A DNA stretch of 62,941 nucleotides, the filler included, from Nemertoderma westbladi (taxonomy: Eukaryota; Animalia; Xenacoelomorpha): assembly GCA_032718475.1 (NCBI GenBank). It is 3 parts of 3 records of this genome, joined end to end, with 100 filler letters (N's around TTAATTAATTAA, not from the genome) between each part and the next. Parts side by side here need not be neighbours in the genome. Positions count along the whole stretch, not along the records: positions 1 to 22,971 come from JAUCBJ010007060.1; 2 more parts are not named here. One strand, 5' to 3'. A model generated the notes under the pieces. The model did not search any database. It was given only the letters and a program-made list of their open reading frames with translations, and was not told the origin of the DNA. Each line of letters begins with the position of its first letter. The first letter of the stretch is position 1. Below are positions 1-10,545 of this stretch, piece by piece. The position numbers were made by a program, and so were the translations under genes.

Positions 1-897
1 GTTATGATTTTAGGACTTTATTATCAGTGTTTTAAGACCGTGTTGAAATAGCGAAATGTTTTCTGCCTTTTTATAAGAACATTAGTAGGCTAAATTATAG
101 AAAGCATAGCTATTATCTTACCAATTCCAAATCAACTCGATTCATATCACTTTATATCGATCTTAATTCAATGCAATCTAATTATATCTTAACCTACCGT
201 CATACTGCTTTTACTGTTTGTAATTTTGTATCAGTATAATTGGATGTTATTAGTTGAAGAATATCAATAATCAACCCACGTTTTCCCAATATCCTTGATA
301 CACTACAGGTTAGAGAGAAGGGTTATGTACAACAATTGCGACTTTATTATTGTGTTTGTAGTGAATCTAATGTTGTTTGACAGACACTACCTGAGTCCAG
401 TGCGTATCTCTTTATACCTGATCAAAGTCAGTAACTGTCGGCATATCAGTGAGCAGTGTTGTGCGTTACCGGTAGCGTGCGTGATTGTAAAGTGATTTGG
501 ATCTGATAATAAAGCATTCCTAAAGAATGCGCCCTATGCTTGAAATTTAAGCCATATCGTTGTGTGTAGTATCAGTCATAACTCTGTTTACATAGGTAGA
601 GCGCCACGTCCTAAAAGGAACTGCTAATATTTCCCGAAAGTGAATAATATTTGTCAGAGATTATATATTAGTAATCAATCGAATAATACAGTAGGCTTGA
701 CCGCAAATAAATTTAAGCCCACGAATCCAGTCTCCCGGTGTTATAAACGGGTCATTTGGACGCGCATGGACTGGCTTCGGCTAATGTTTTTGGTTTGTTT
801 TGTATTAAATCTTATCATCTTAAAAAAGGCAGATTATCAATAAAGACATATAAATTTCGGCAGGTTAAACTGCTGAAGGTCTATAAAAGCGCGTACA
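1..897 (+). mobile_element. LTR (copy A, 5' end outside window) of the exonuclease-carrying LTR family
   Basis: Aligns by eye with ~26220-27011 and ~54450-55278. Homology stops at the same point in all three copies, ...AAAGCGCG(T/A)ACA. AATAAA at 706-711. No TGG PBS follows, so this is a 3' or solo LTR. Confidence 0.8.
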
Positions 898-1330
898 GTC
901 TGTCCACTATGCTTATTCGCTCCATGAGGCCGCCAAAGCACAAGATTATCTTTAAAACCAATCAGGAAATAGTGATAAACAAAATGTTATAGATTTATGA
1001 GTTTATTATATTAATTTATACATAAAGTTCTGGAACATTTTATTTATGTATGAAATAGCTACCGGTGTGCAATAGAGATATTGAATTAAGGGAAAGGAAT
1101 GGGTCACATGTAACCAAAACAATAATGGAGTCAATAGCACTGGTACATTATAATTTTTGCTGGTAATCAATCATATGTTATTTGCGCGTGTTATTGGCTG
1201 CATCCAGGTCATATAACAGGCAGTAATCTGATAATCTGAAAGAGCTTATCTATTAGAAGTTTGATGCCATTAACAATGCTGATGAAAGCAGGCAATTAGC
1301 ACAGGCACAGCAATACTATTACTACAGATC

Positions 1331-1745
1331 GTAGTAGTACGATCGGCATGATGCATTGCAGCTGCATTATATATATATTACATATATAATAATAATGTTG
1401 TGCCGGCTAAAGACAAAATTGCACCGCCACAACTCCCTATCACCCATGACATTTGCTAGATCATCCGCATCTTCAAGGCCAGTGTCTTTTAAGATGCGTC
1501 TCAAGAAAGTTATGGGCTGTCCACCGTGCTTATTCGCCCCATGAGGGTGCCAAAGCACAAGATTATGCACTGGCTGGTCCTCACGGCGAAAGCAATGTCC
1601 TGCAAAGCGTAGGCGGCTCCGTTCAAGTGTCAAGCTAAGTGGAACCAATGAGACACATCCAATGTTATATAGTGTCTGGTTGGAGATGTGTGCATTGTAC
1701 CCACAATGAACCCGGCGTAGCATTCTTGTGAAAGTGCCATCCAAA
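1331..1745 (-). mobile_element. RTE-clade LINE, 3' fragment
   Basis: ORF 1367-1744 (DGTFTRMLRR...RLRFAGHCFR...LVLW) is nearly identical to the C-terminus of the RTE copies at 20274, 21373 and 32163. It has the same 3' UTR, AATGCAGCTGCAATGC. Confidence 0.9.
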
Positions 1746-1783
1746 GATAATTGGACCGTAAGTAATTATTAATAATTGAATCT

Positions 1784-1991
1784 GTGAAATGCAAAAGGGC
1801 GTAAGTCCGTTTTTGAGGTTTCGTGTTGAATACATTTTCTAGGGTAAAAAACTATGCTGATTTGATTGGTCGCGCCATCTAAGCCGTATCTATGTTTATT
1901 AACGAGATAATTTCATGTAAAAGTAAAGGTAGGTTTTGATTTCAGTGAAAAAATGGTGTAACTACCAAAGATATACCCTTTTGCATCCCAC
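1784..1991. mobile_element. Possible small MITE
   Basis: Imperfect 20-bp terminal inverted repeats, GTGAAATGCAAAAGGGCGTA and TATACCCTTTTGCATCCCAC. No coding capacity and no clear TSD. Confidence 0.4.
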
Positions 1992-2309
1992 CACTTAAAA
2001 ATTAACCTCATTTTTACACCACTTTATAAATATTGGTTGATAACTCACTCATATTATATGCTAAAAGTTACCTCATTCTTTGATTTGCTGGACATTTAGT
2101 GAGAAATGTGGCGGGAATTCAAAAAGCAGTTTAATCAAGCATGCCTAAACAACATGTGAATACAGGATTAGCCAGCCATAGTCATTTTGCAGTTTGCACT
2201 TTGCACTAGGCTTACTACATAGGTTACATATTCAGTGGTATTATTGCATAAGATATGTTTTTAGGGATTTTAGCGTTTTTAGGATTTAGATCGAATCTGT
2301 AACCACGTA

Positions 2310-2426
2310 TTTTGGGGTAATTCTAAACTATTTTGGGGTATTTTTTGGGGTAATTATAACCTATTTTGGGGTATTTTGGGGTAGTTTTATACTATTTTGG
2401 GGTGTTTTAGGGTATTTTGGGGTAAT
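2310..2426 (+). repeat. Degenerate TTTTGGGGTA minisatellite
   Basis: Several TTTTGGGGTA units separated by short AT-rich spacers. Confidence 0.75.
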
Positions 2427-2440
2427 TCGTAGGACCGTCA

Positions 2441-2632
2441 AAGGACACTGGCCTTGAAGATGCGGATGATCTAGCAAATGTCATGGGTGATAAGGCTGTA
2501 AGAGTGTAAGGGAGTTGTGGAGGCGCACTTTTGTCAACAAAGCCGGTACAGCATTCTTAATACAGTAATAGGGCTTATATATATAATGCAGCTGCAATGC
2601 AGCATCCCGATTGCTGGATTGTAGTTAGTAGT
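2441..2632 (+). mobile_element. RTE LINE extreme 3' fragment
   Basis: Encodes KDTGLEDADDLANVMGD, followed by the family 3' UTR and a degenerate (TAG)n tail. Confidence 0.85.
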
Positions 2633-3323
2633 ATGTGGTGATAGGGCTCCTTCAATTGGTAAAGTCAAAAGTGGCCGTTTATTGTTTTAGTTAGCAAAGC
2701 CTGCCTCTGTAACCTGTTCCTTTCCCTCAATTGGTTTATGACGTGTGTTACTTCTGTACTTATTATGTGGAGACCCCAACACGTTAATCAGTTAATCTCC
2801 TTTCATTATCCAGCCGTTTTAAAATACCCTTCCTGTTGTATGGAAAAATTAGAAGAGATGGTGGTAGCATCAACTTTGTACAGTAGTATTTCTTTCTGAT
2901 AGGGCTCCCATAGGCTTAGAGGAAATCGTAGCTTGTACTGTGTACTGTAGTTAGCCTTAGCAGCAGCTGCAGTTGGCAAACTGCAAACCTGGCATTGCTA
3001 CCAGTTTCCACCAAATATAATTTGTAATTAAATATTTCTTGGAGCATAATCTAATCTAGTCCTAAAGACTCTAAAGTCCTGGGTACATAAGGCTGTAAGG
3101 TTAGACATAACATGAATGTAAACTAAACAATATGCTAAAAGTAAAGTACAAAGTACCAAGAATGCTAGAATGTACCATTTAGCCTATATTCTAAGTACAG
3201 TACACTGAAGATACATACAGAGCTGCAAAGGTAACTTTCCATAACTTAATTGCTGTCTGGCTGTCTCTCATCTGTCACGTCTGTTATGCTTCATGTACAT
3301 TTAAGTTTGATTCTCAATGTCGT

Positions 3324-3580
3324 GTCCAAAATTGGACTTAAAGTCCAATATTGGACTTTTGTAAAAATTCAAAGCCTTATAAAAAAAGTTCCCCCTGGTG
3401 AATTTCAGGTCCCCCTGTTCAAAACTCTTATTTTTTGATATATTTTCGATTAAAAAAAAAAATCCGCCCGATCCAATTACCCAAGGCCCTGGAACAATTG
3501 GCTGATTTGAAGTCCAATATTGGACTCACAGAAGTCCAATTTTGGACTTGAACTGGAGTCGAAGTCCAATTTTTGACTTC
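3324..3580. repeat. Cluster of AGTCCAA(T/A)(A/T)TTGGACT palindromes, probably a non-autonomous DNA transposon remnant
   Basis: Five short palindromic units in two groups, at ~3324-3358 and ~3510-3580. Confidence 0.5.
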
Positions 3581-3970
3581 TCACCGACTGATTTATGCCT
3601 GAAGGGGATACAACAGTTTAGACCTTTCTATTTTGCTTGTATTTTTTATATAAATTCATATTCTTTGGAAATTTGCATAAAACTTGTAAGCCTCTAAATT
3701 AACATTATACTCATTAAATTGACTTTATTTGAAAACTAGATATAAAAATATGAGGAGGTCTTTGTGTAGAAAGTTAAAATAGGTTGAAGAATAATACTGA
3801 TTTAACCACAGGTGAAAATCTAGTATTTTACAAAAATTTAAACGGGTAATCATTTCAGATTTTTTTAGTATAATTTCTTCTAGAGCAAAATTTAAAGGTG
3901 ATTTTAAATCTCACAATTTCAAAGAAAAAGTGACTGAAATTTACAGCAAGAAGTATTTACAAATAACGTC

Positions 3971-6900
3971 TGTCGTGACCTCATAACAAACTAGATGGCT
4001 CGCCCCAATATACTTGATGGACCTACCGTAGCTGGTTATGGGGTACCAGTACTTAACACTGCAGCACTGTAAGACAATATACTGATATTCTTAATTCTGT
4101 AATTATATGGAAGTAGCCAGATCGATTAACCTGTACTTAACACTGCAAGGCCTATCAGTATTCTGTATATAATTGAAACATAATATGGCGCAGTGTGCGG
4201 CTGGCCGGTATGGTCAGTTGAACTAACGTGGGAGTTAATTCACATAAGATTAACAACCGTAATGGCAACGTCGATAGAACCGGAGGACTGGCTGGATCTA
4301 AACGCAGCTCAGATAGAGCTACTGGAACGCCCCGCGTTAAAACAACATTGCAGCAACGCCGGGGTCCCGTTCGATCCAAAAACGCCATCAGCAACTCTCC
4401 GTAAACGACTAATAAAAGCGGTAAACGAGCAGGAAGATTCGAGCGAGGGGGAAAAACAAACTCCTCCGGATTGGACTCAAATCCTTCAGTACATGGAGCG
4501 TCAACGCGCAGCTGATCGGGCGGAAGAACAACAGCTCCGCCTTGAGGAGGAACGTCGACGCGAACAACGGGACGAGGAACGGGAGCTTCGATTACTGCAA
4601 CTCCTGCAACAACCAGGCGGACAGTCTGCAGGTCGCCGCGAGGATAACGCCCCGCGGAACAACGACGGTACAACCGCGGCCGCTAAACTAACAGCCAGAG
4701 CACCGGATAAACTCGAGGTAGATTATAGCTACCACCGTTTCGTGCGCTGGGAGAGGCAGTGGCTGAACTACGGCCGTATCGTCCACCTGGAACAAAAATC
4801 GAGGGAAGACCAGGTAGCTATATTTTTCAGCAACTGTTCCCCCGAGTTCCTCAACCGGATCCACCACCGACTAGATATTCCCGCAGATACGACAAAAACT
4901 CTAACAGAAATCATCGATGATATACGGCAATATCTCCGGGCAGAACGCAACATCGTTGTGGATCGGCACCAACTGGTACAACTTAAACAGGAACCAGGTC
5001 AGACTTTCGATGATTACTATGTCAGACTGCTCGAGTTGGCGCAAGATGCCGACCTAGACACGATGAACCGTGACGACTGGATAAACACCCTCATAGTTCG
5101 GGGAATTCAGGACGATGAAACAAGGGAGGAAATATTCGCTAAACGTCCTCCACTAACTCGGGAACAAATCCCAGACTTCTGCCGATTGCGCGAAGTTGCC
5201 GCTCGCGATAATAAACTCATTCGCGAGCAACGCATTAATGCTGTCCAGCATACAACCTCGGCCAATCAGTGGCGAGGTCGGAGTCGCTATAAGAAGAAGA
5301 GTAACTACCAGCGCTCTAAGTCCGCCATATCTACAGACAGGAACCGGGGTACCTCTAACTACAACGTACGGGAAACAATCCACCACGTGAAACAGCGGGG
5401 GGAATGCTTAAACTGCGGGGGTCAGTACCCCCACCCGAATAATAACCCCTGTAAAGCAACTAACATTGACTGTCATAAATGTGGTAGAAAGGGACATTTC
5501 GGATCAAAATGTCTCCAATCAAAATTTGGCGGAAAAACCAGCGGGGCCATAATAATCTCGAACATTAATAAACCGCTCATAGCCGTAGACTTCTTGAAAT
5601 CTGGCATATGGATGGGTAATAAAATGTGCGTGGCAGACACAGGTGCAGAAGTTGTGGTAGCGGGCGACGCAATCCGCACAGAATGGGGACTTAAAAATTG
5701 CAAACTCATCCCAGCAGACTCCCCACTCACAGCTGTTAATGGTAGCCCAGTTAAATGTTTGGGTAAACTGCACATGGAACTCTCCGCCGGCGATCGCACA
5801 TATAAGGACTGGGTCTATTGGTGTGTGGGTTTGGGCAATGTTGTATACTTGTCTCTCCAGGCTTGTAAAGGGCTTGGAATTGTGGAGGATAACTTCCCAA
5901 CACCACGGGAAATTAACGCAACCACCTCCACACCCAAACCTATAGAGCACTGTGAGACGACTGAGCCATATACCAACATTGCAATAACGGACACTGGTGG
6001 CACACAACCGCTCATCAGTGACACACAACCGCACATCAGTGGCGCACCTCTCCTCAACAGCGGCGCCCAAACGCCACTTATCGCACAACGCGCAACATAT
6101 GTGGCCACCATGAAACAAGGCATAGAGAATGAGGCGACCAAACTAAAACTCATGGAGGAATTTAAAGATGTCTTTGCCTCCAAGGGTCACCTCCTAACCA
6201 TGTCCGGCCCACCAATGAGCATCCAATTAGTGGACGGTGCGCAACCATTCTGCGTAAATGCGGCTCGACCCATACCCTTCCCTCTCCGTGAGAAAGTGCG
6301 CCAGGAACTGGCTCAGATGGAGGAGAAGGGTATCATAGAACGCATCGGGGACCGACCAACCGCCTGGTGCCATCCTATAGTTGTGTGCAACAAACCCAAC
6401 CGCCCTGGTGAAATTCGCATGACTGTGGACTTAACAAAACTTAACTCACAGGTCATGCGAACCATACACAACTCTAGGACGCCACACGATGTAGTCTCCG
6501 ACCGGACTAAGGGAACCTGCATATTCACCACGCTAGACGCAAAGTCTGGCTATTGGCAGGTTGCCTTAGACGAAGACTCACGTGATCTAACGACCTTCAT
6601 TACGCCGTGGGGCCGTTTTCGTTATTGCCGTGCCCCCATGGGCTTTATATCAGCTGGAGACAGCTATAACTTCAGGGGCGATATGGCACTCCAAGGCGTA
6701 ACCCAGGTCCATAAGATCGTCGATGATATACTCATCGAAGATACCAACATTCGGGAACACATCGAACGGGTCCGCACCATTCTCGAGAAGTGTCGTGCAG
6801 CCGGAATCACACTTCACCCAGAAAAATTTAACTTTGCTAAACCAAGCGTTAAGTTTGCTGGTTTCATTGTCACCGAGAATGGAACTGAGGTGGACCCAGG

Positions 6901-9234
6901 TAAAATTAAAGCAATCGCTGAATATCCTACCCCAAAGAACGTAACGGATCTTCGCAGTTTTATGGGGCTGGTTAATCAATTAGGACATTTTTCCAGCGAT
7001 ATCAGCACCACAGCGGCACCTCTGCGTGATCTGCTTCGAACAAGGAACGAGTTCCTATGGACTGCGAACCACCAACAAGCGTTCCAGCGGGTTAAAACCG
7101 CCCTCGTTCAACCACCTGTACTCGCTCCGTTCGACTTGAAAGCAGAAACAAGACTCGAAACGGACGCCAGTCGTCTCCATGGCTTTGGTTTTAACTTACT
7201 CCAACGACACGGGGACCACTTCAAACTTATAGCTTGTGGCAGCAGGTTCATCAGCGACCCGGAAACAAGGTATGCCACGATTGAACTGGAAGCTATTGCT
7301 ATCCGGTACGCCATTAACAAGTGCCGGATATATCTGTCTGGTCTACCGGAATTCACAGTGGTCACCGACCACCGCCCACTGGTCACTATATTTAATAAAT
7401 ACAGCGTTGACCAAGTGGACAATGGCAAACTGCAGCGTATAAAAGCGGATCTGCAGAGTTGCTACCAGTTCCGCGTAGAGTGGCAGAAGGGCAAGGCCCA
7501 TCGAATAGCTGATGGCCTGAGTCGTGCCCCCGTCGACAAACCGACGATCGATGATAGTCAACCCGAGGAAGAACCTATAAATATCGCAACAATCTGCGCA
7601 AACTTACCTCACACTACGACATCGATCAAGGATCCCATGTTGACCGAATTACATAACGCAGCATTGGGCGATATTGACTATATTGAACTCATCCGGCAAA
7701 TCCGGGATGACTTCCGGAATATAAACTCAGCCTCGCCGTATATTTGTCAATTTAAATCAATATCGGACAGTCTCGCAATCTCACCCGATAATCTGATAGT
7801 TTACGGGAACAGACTGGTTATCCCACAAACCTACCAGCATCAGGTTCTAGAACGACTACATGCCTCCCACCAAGGCATAACCAGAACCAAACAAAGGGCG
7901 CGGCAAACGGTTTACTGGCCAGGTATTGGTGGTGATATCGAGCGTACTATCCGACAGTGTACCAAGTGCCAGGAAATCCGGCCGAGTCTCCAGAAGGAGA
8001 CTATGCTATCAGAGGACATTCCAGGACGTCCATTTGTATCTGCCTCCGCCGATCTATTCTCCATAGGGGGGAAACACTATCTAGTGTATTCCGACCGACT
8101 GTCGGGATATCCCGAAGTCCATGAATGGAAACACGACCCAACATCACGGGATGTTGTATTCGCAATTCGTAGATGGTTCGTTAACCTCGGTGTACCGACA
8201 ACACTACGCACCGATGGTGGACCACAGTTCGACTCTGCGCACTTCAGGGACTTTTGTAAACGATGGGGGGTCAACTGGACTCCCAGTAGCCCACACTACC
8301 CGCAGTCCAATGGCCACGCCGAGTCAGCGGTGAAGGCTGTAAAACACCTGCTATTAAAGGTACCGAGGAACGACTCCAACTCCGACGAATTCCTCACTGG
8401 ACTTTTGGAGTTGAGGAACACTCCACGCGCTGATGGGCTGTCTCCTAATGAGACTGTCTTCGGACACATACTACGGTCGAAGGTTCCTGCCCATCACAGC
8501 GCCTACGCACAACATTGGCGGGAAACGGCGGATGAAACAGACAACCGTGCGGCCGAACTCCGGAACCGAAACATTGCTCACTATAACGAGACTTCGCGGG
8601 ACCACAAACCACTCAGGATCGGGATGGACGTCCGCATCCAGAGTACGGACCGACCGCAACGTTGGACTAAAACTGGAACGATCGTCAGTATCGGAAAAAA
8701 CCGGGATTACCACGTGAAGCTGCCATCTGGCAGAACATGGTGGAGAAACCGTCGATTCCTACGTCCTTTATATCCGGAAGTTGAACCAATAACACCCGAA
8801 CCAGCGAATGAACTGTCAAACAACGTTGGATCGCAAAAAAGTGCCATTTACCAGCCAAGTGACAACGAGTCCGAAACTGAAAGTAATTGGCAAGTTGTTG
8901 AACCACGCCGCAGTACACGCCACAAAAAGCCCGTGGTCCGGTTTGGGGATACGACCGTAAAACTATTCTCTTAACTCTTAAGACCATTGTAGAACTAATG
9001 ATCTCGGAGGAAAGGGGGGTGTCGTGACCTCATAACAAACTAGATGGCTCGCCCCAATATACTTGATGGACCTACCGTAGCTGGTTATGGGGTACCGGTA
9101 CTTAACACTGCAGCACTGTAAGACAATATACTGATATTCTTAATTCTGTAATTATATGGAAGTAGCCAGATCGATTAACCTGTACTTAACACTGCAAGGC
9201 CTATCAGTATTCTGTATATAATTGAAACATAATA
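3971..9234 (+). mobile_element. Full-length Ty3/Gypsy LTR retrotransposon (Mag-like), very recent insertion
   Basis: 215-bp LTRs at 3971-4185 and 9020-9234 with one mismatch seen. 5-bp TSD ACGTC (3966-3970, 9235-9239). PBS TGGCGCAG at 4186 (tRNA-Ser-like). PPT GGAGGAAAGGGGGG at 9006-9019. Single intact gag-pol ORF. Confidence 0.97.
4262..8974 (+). CDS. Gag-Pol polyprotein (Gag, two zinc knuckles, protease, RT, RNase H, integrase)
   Basis: First ATG at 4262, in the frame of the 1593-aa ORF. Motifs: CHKCGRKGHFGSKC knuckle, ADTGA protease, LDAKSGYWQ and IVDD in RT, TDAS...E...TDH RNase H, HASH...C..C zinc finger, and DLF...TDGG...E integrase. Order is RT-RH-IN. Confidence 0.97.
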   Translation: MATSIEPEDWLDLNAAQIELLERPALKQHCSNAGVPFDPKTPSATLRKRLIKAVNEQEDSSEGEKQTPPDWTQILQYMERQRAADRAEEQQLRLEEERRREQRDEERELRLLQLLQQPGGQSAGRREDNAPRNNDGTTAAAKLTARAPDKLEVDYSYHRFVRWERQWLNYGRIVHLEQKSREDQVAIFFSNCSPEFLNRIHHRLDIPADTTKTLTEIIDDIRQYLRAERNIVVDRHQLVQLKQEPGQTFDDYYVRLLELAQDADLDTMNRDDWINTLIVRGIQDDETREEIFAKRPPLTREQIPDFCRLREVAARDNKLIREQRINAVQHTTSANQWRGRSRYKKKSNYQRSKSAISTDRNRGTSNYNVRETIHHVKQRGECLNCGGQYPHPNNNPCKATNIDCHKCGRKGHFGSKCLQSKFGGKTSGAIIISNINKPLIAVDFLKSGIWMGNKMCVADTGAEVVVAGDAIRTEWGLKNCKLIPADSPLTAVNGSPVKCLGKLHMELSAGDRTYKDWVYWCVGLGNVVYLSLQACKGLGIVEDNFPTPREINATTSTPKPIEHCETTEPYTNIAITDTGGTQPLISDTQPHISGAPLLNSGAQTPLIAQRATYVATMKQGIENEATKLKLMEEFKDVFASKGHLLTMSGPPMSIQLVDGAQPFCVNAARPIPFPLREKVRQELAQMEEKGIIERIGDRPTAWCHPIVVCNKPNRPGEIRMTVDLTKLNSQVMRTIHNSRTPHDVVSDRTKGTCIFTTLDAKSGYWQVALDEDSRDLTTFITPWGRFRYCRAPMGFISAGDSYNFRGDMALQGVTQVHKIVDDILIEDTNIREHIERVRTILEKCRAAGITLHPEKFNFAKPSVKFAGFIVTENGTEVDPGKIKAIAEYPTPKNVTDLRSFMGLVNQLGHFSSDISTTAAPLRDLLRTRNEFLWTANHQQAFQRVKTALVQPPVLAPFDLKAETRLETDASRLHGFGFNLLQRHGDHFKLIACGSRFISDPETRYATIELEAIAIRYAINKCRIYLSGLPEFTVVTDHRPLVTIFNKYSVDQVDNGKLQRIKADLQSCYQFRVEWQKGKAHRIADGLSRAPVDKPTIDDSQPEEEPINIATICANLPHTTTSIKDPMLTELHNAALGDIDYIELIRQIRDDFRNINSASPYICQFKSISDSLAISPDNLIVYGNRLVIPQTYQHQVLERLHASHQGITRTKQRARQTVYWPGIGGDIERTIRQCTKCQEIRPSLQKETMLSEDIPGRPFVSASADLFSIGGKHYLVYSDRLSGYPEVHEWKHDPTSRDVVFAIRRWFVNLGVPTTLRTDGGPQFDSAHFRDFCKRWGVNWTPSSPHYPQSNGHAESAVKAVKHLLLKVPRNDSNSDEFLTGLLELRNTPRADGLSPNETVFGHILRSKVPAHHSAYAQHWRETADETDNRAAELRNRNIAHYNETSRDHKPLRIGMDVRIQSTDRPQRWTKTGTIVSIGKNRDYHVKLPSGRTWWRNRRFLRPLYPEVEPITPEPANELSNNVGSQKSAIYQPSDNESETESNWQVVEPRRSTRHKKPVVRFGDTTVKLFS

Positions 9235-9599
9235 ACGTCCTTCTACTGTATTAGCATAGAGGCAGAAAAACTATCATTAGGCCTATGGTATTACATGATA
9301 CCGGGTAGCTGACGACACTACTGTGAGGTTGACATTGACTGTCACACCGTTACCCGATATCTGGATATAGCAAGCGCTTCAATTACTTAGGTAATTATTG
9401 GACTCTCATATAAGAGTTTATCTAAGTAACCAGAAAAAAATCAGCATTGAGTTTTTAACATGAGATCCTCTCAGAACCAACTGCGATATTTAATTTATTA
9501 GTTGCAACAGAAGAAGGAAATTCAAATAATATTAATAATGTCCGGGAGTTGTGAGCCTTCTACTCCACATGATATCCATGTTTGGTAGATTGGTTTGGA

Positions 9600-10545
9600 A
9601 CACAATAGATGGTGTTAATGGTTAATGGAAACATGGTATGGAGCTGCCTGATGGGGTGATTGTATTCAGACTTTTAACGAGAACTGGACTGTCATGCACA
9701 GAAGAACAACTTGCAAGGTCTGTCTCTGTCTCTGTTTTAAGTGTCAAAGGTATGCAAGACACCTTAAATAAAATTTCATGGAAAAGAAATGATGTTTCAT
9801 CAGAATTAGGTGAGTTGGATATAAAGCAAAAGGAAAAAGTGTGTTCAGATGAAATAGCTGAAGACCTTTTACTTTTGATAGAAGATTTAAAGGTTACCAG
9901 TGCAGCGTGGGGGAGGAGTTGGTAGATTTAATTATCGAAGGCAGAATCAGTATTCAAGTGGACAGTATAGTGGACTGGACATAGTGATCAGTTTGGTTGA
10001 GGTCAGTTTTCAGATCAGTTTGGCAGAGGTAGAGTTCTTCATATCAGTTTGGCCAAGGACAAAGTTGGGGTTCTGGTCCAGTAAGAAATCCCCTGGATCG
10101 ATATGGTAATATAAGTAAATGTTTAATGTGTGGGAGTATTTACAACTATTCAGGTAGTTGCTTTCAGAGGAGGACTTGAGTTGACAATGAAACCTCCCAC
10201 TTCTGTGATGATCACCTACTCCTCATACAATCTGCCTACTGCTGCTGAATCACCATGGTCTAATGGTCTGTGTGAATGACAGAATGCAGTTCTTGGCTTA
10301 GATGTTCAAAAGATAATGGCTCAAGAAAAATGTGAAATTGATTGGCAGTGGCATGGGCAGTTGCTGCTCACAATGCATTAACTAATATTCATGGGTTTTC
10401 ACCCATTCAATTAGATTTCAAATGGGAAAAATCCAATGCGTCCTACAGTAGAGTATAATAAACTACTACCCTTAGAAGGAAACATCACAAGCACTGTAGT
10501 TGCAGACAATATTAATGCCATGCATGCTGCTCGTCAGGAATTCAG
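9600..10545 (+). pseudogene. Degraded Ty1/Copia (GalEa-like) remnant: gag and integrase fragments
   Basis: Gag-like ELPDGVIVFRLL...EEQLAR from 9638. Integrase core AAESPWSNGLCE*QNAVL...AVAWAVAAHNALTNIHGFSPIQL at ~10241-10412, with stops and frameshifts. Confidence 0.65.

Noticed and set aside
620-700. TCAGAGATTATA as a group I intron R motif, or a hammerhead core in the LTR
   Set aside because: No matching S/P7 partner or P/Q elements, the motif differs in copy C, and no CTGATGA...GAAA core is shared by the three copies.
855-897. Terminal hairpin as a Helitron 3' end
   Set aside because: The ends are ...ACA rather than CTRR, and they pair with a PPT-adjacent TGT start, which fits an LTR.
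295-992. Short ORFs within the LTR copies (also 26485 and 54439)
   Set aside because: Indels between the copies break the frames; conservation follows base-pairing rather than codons.
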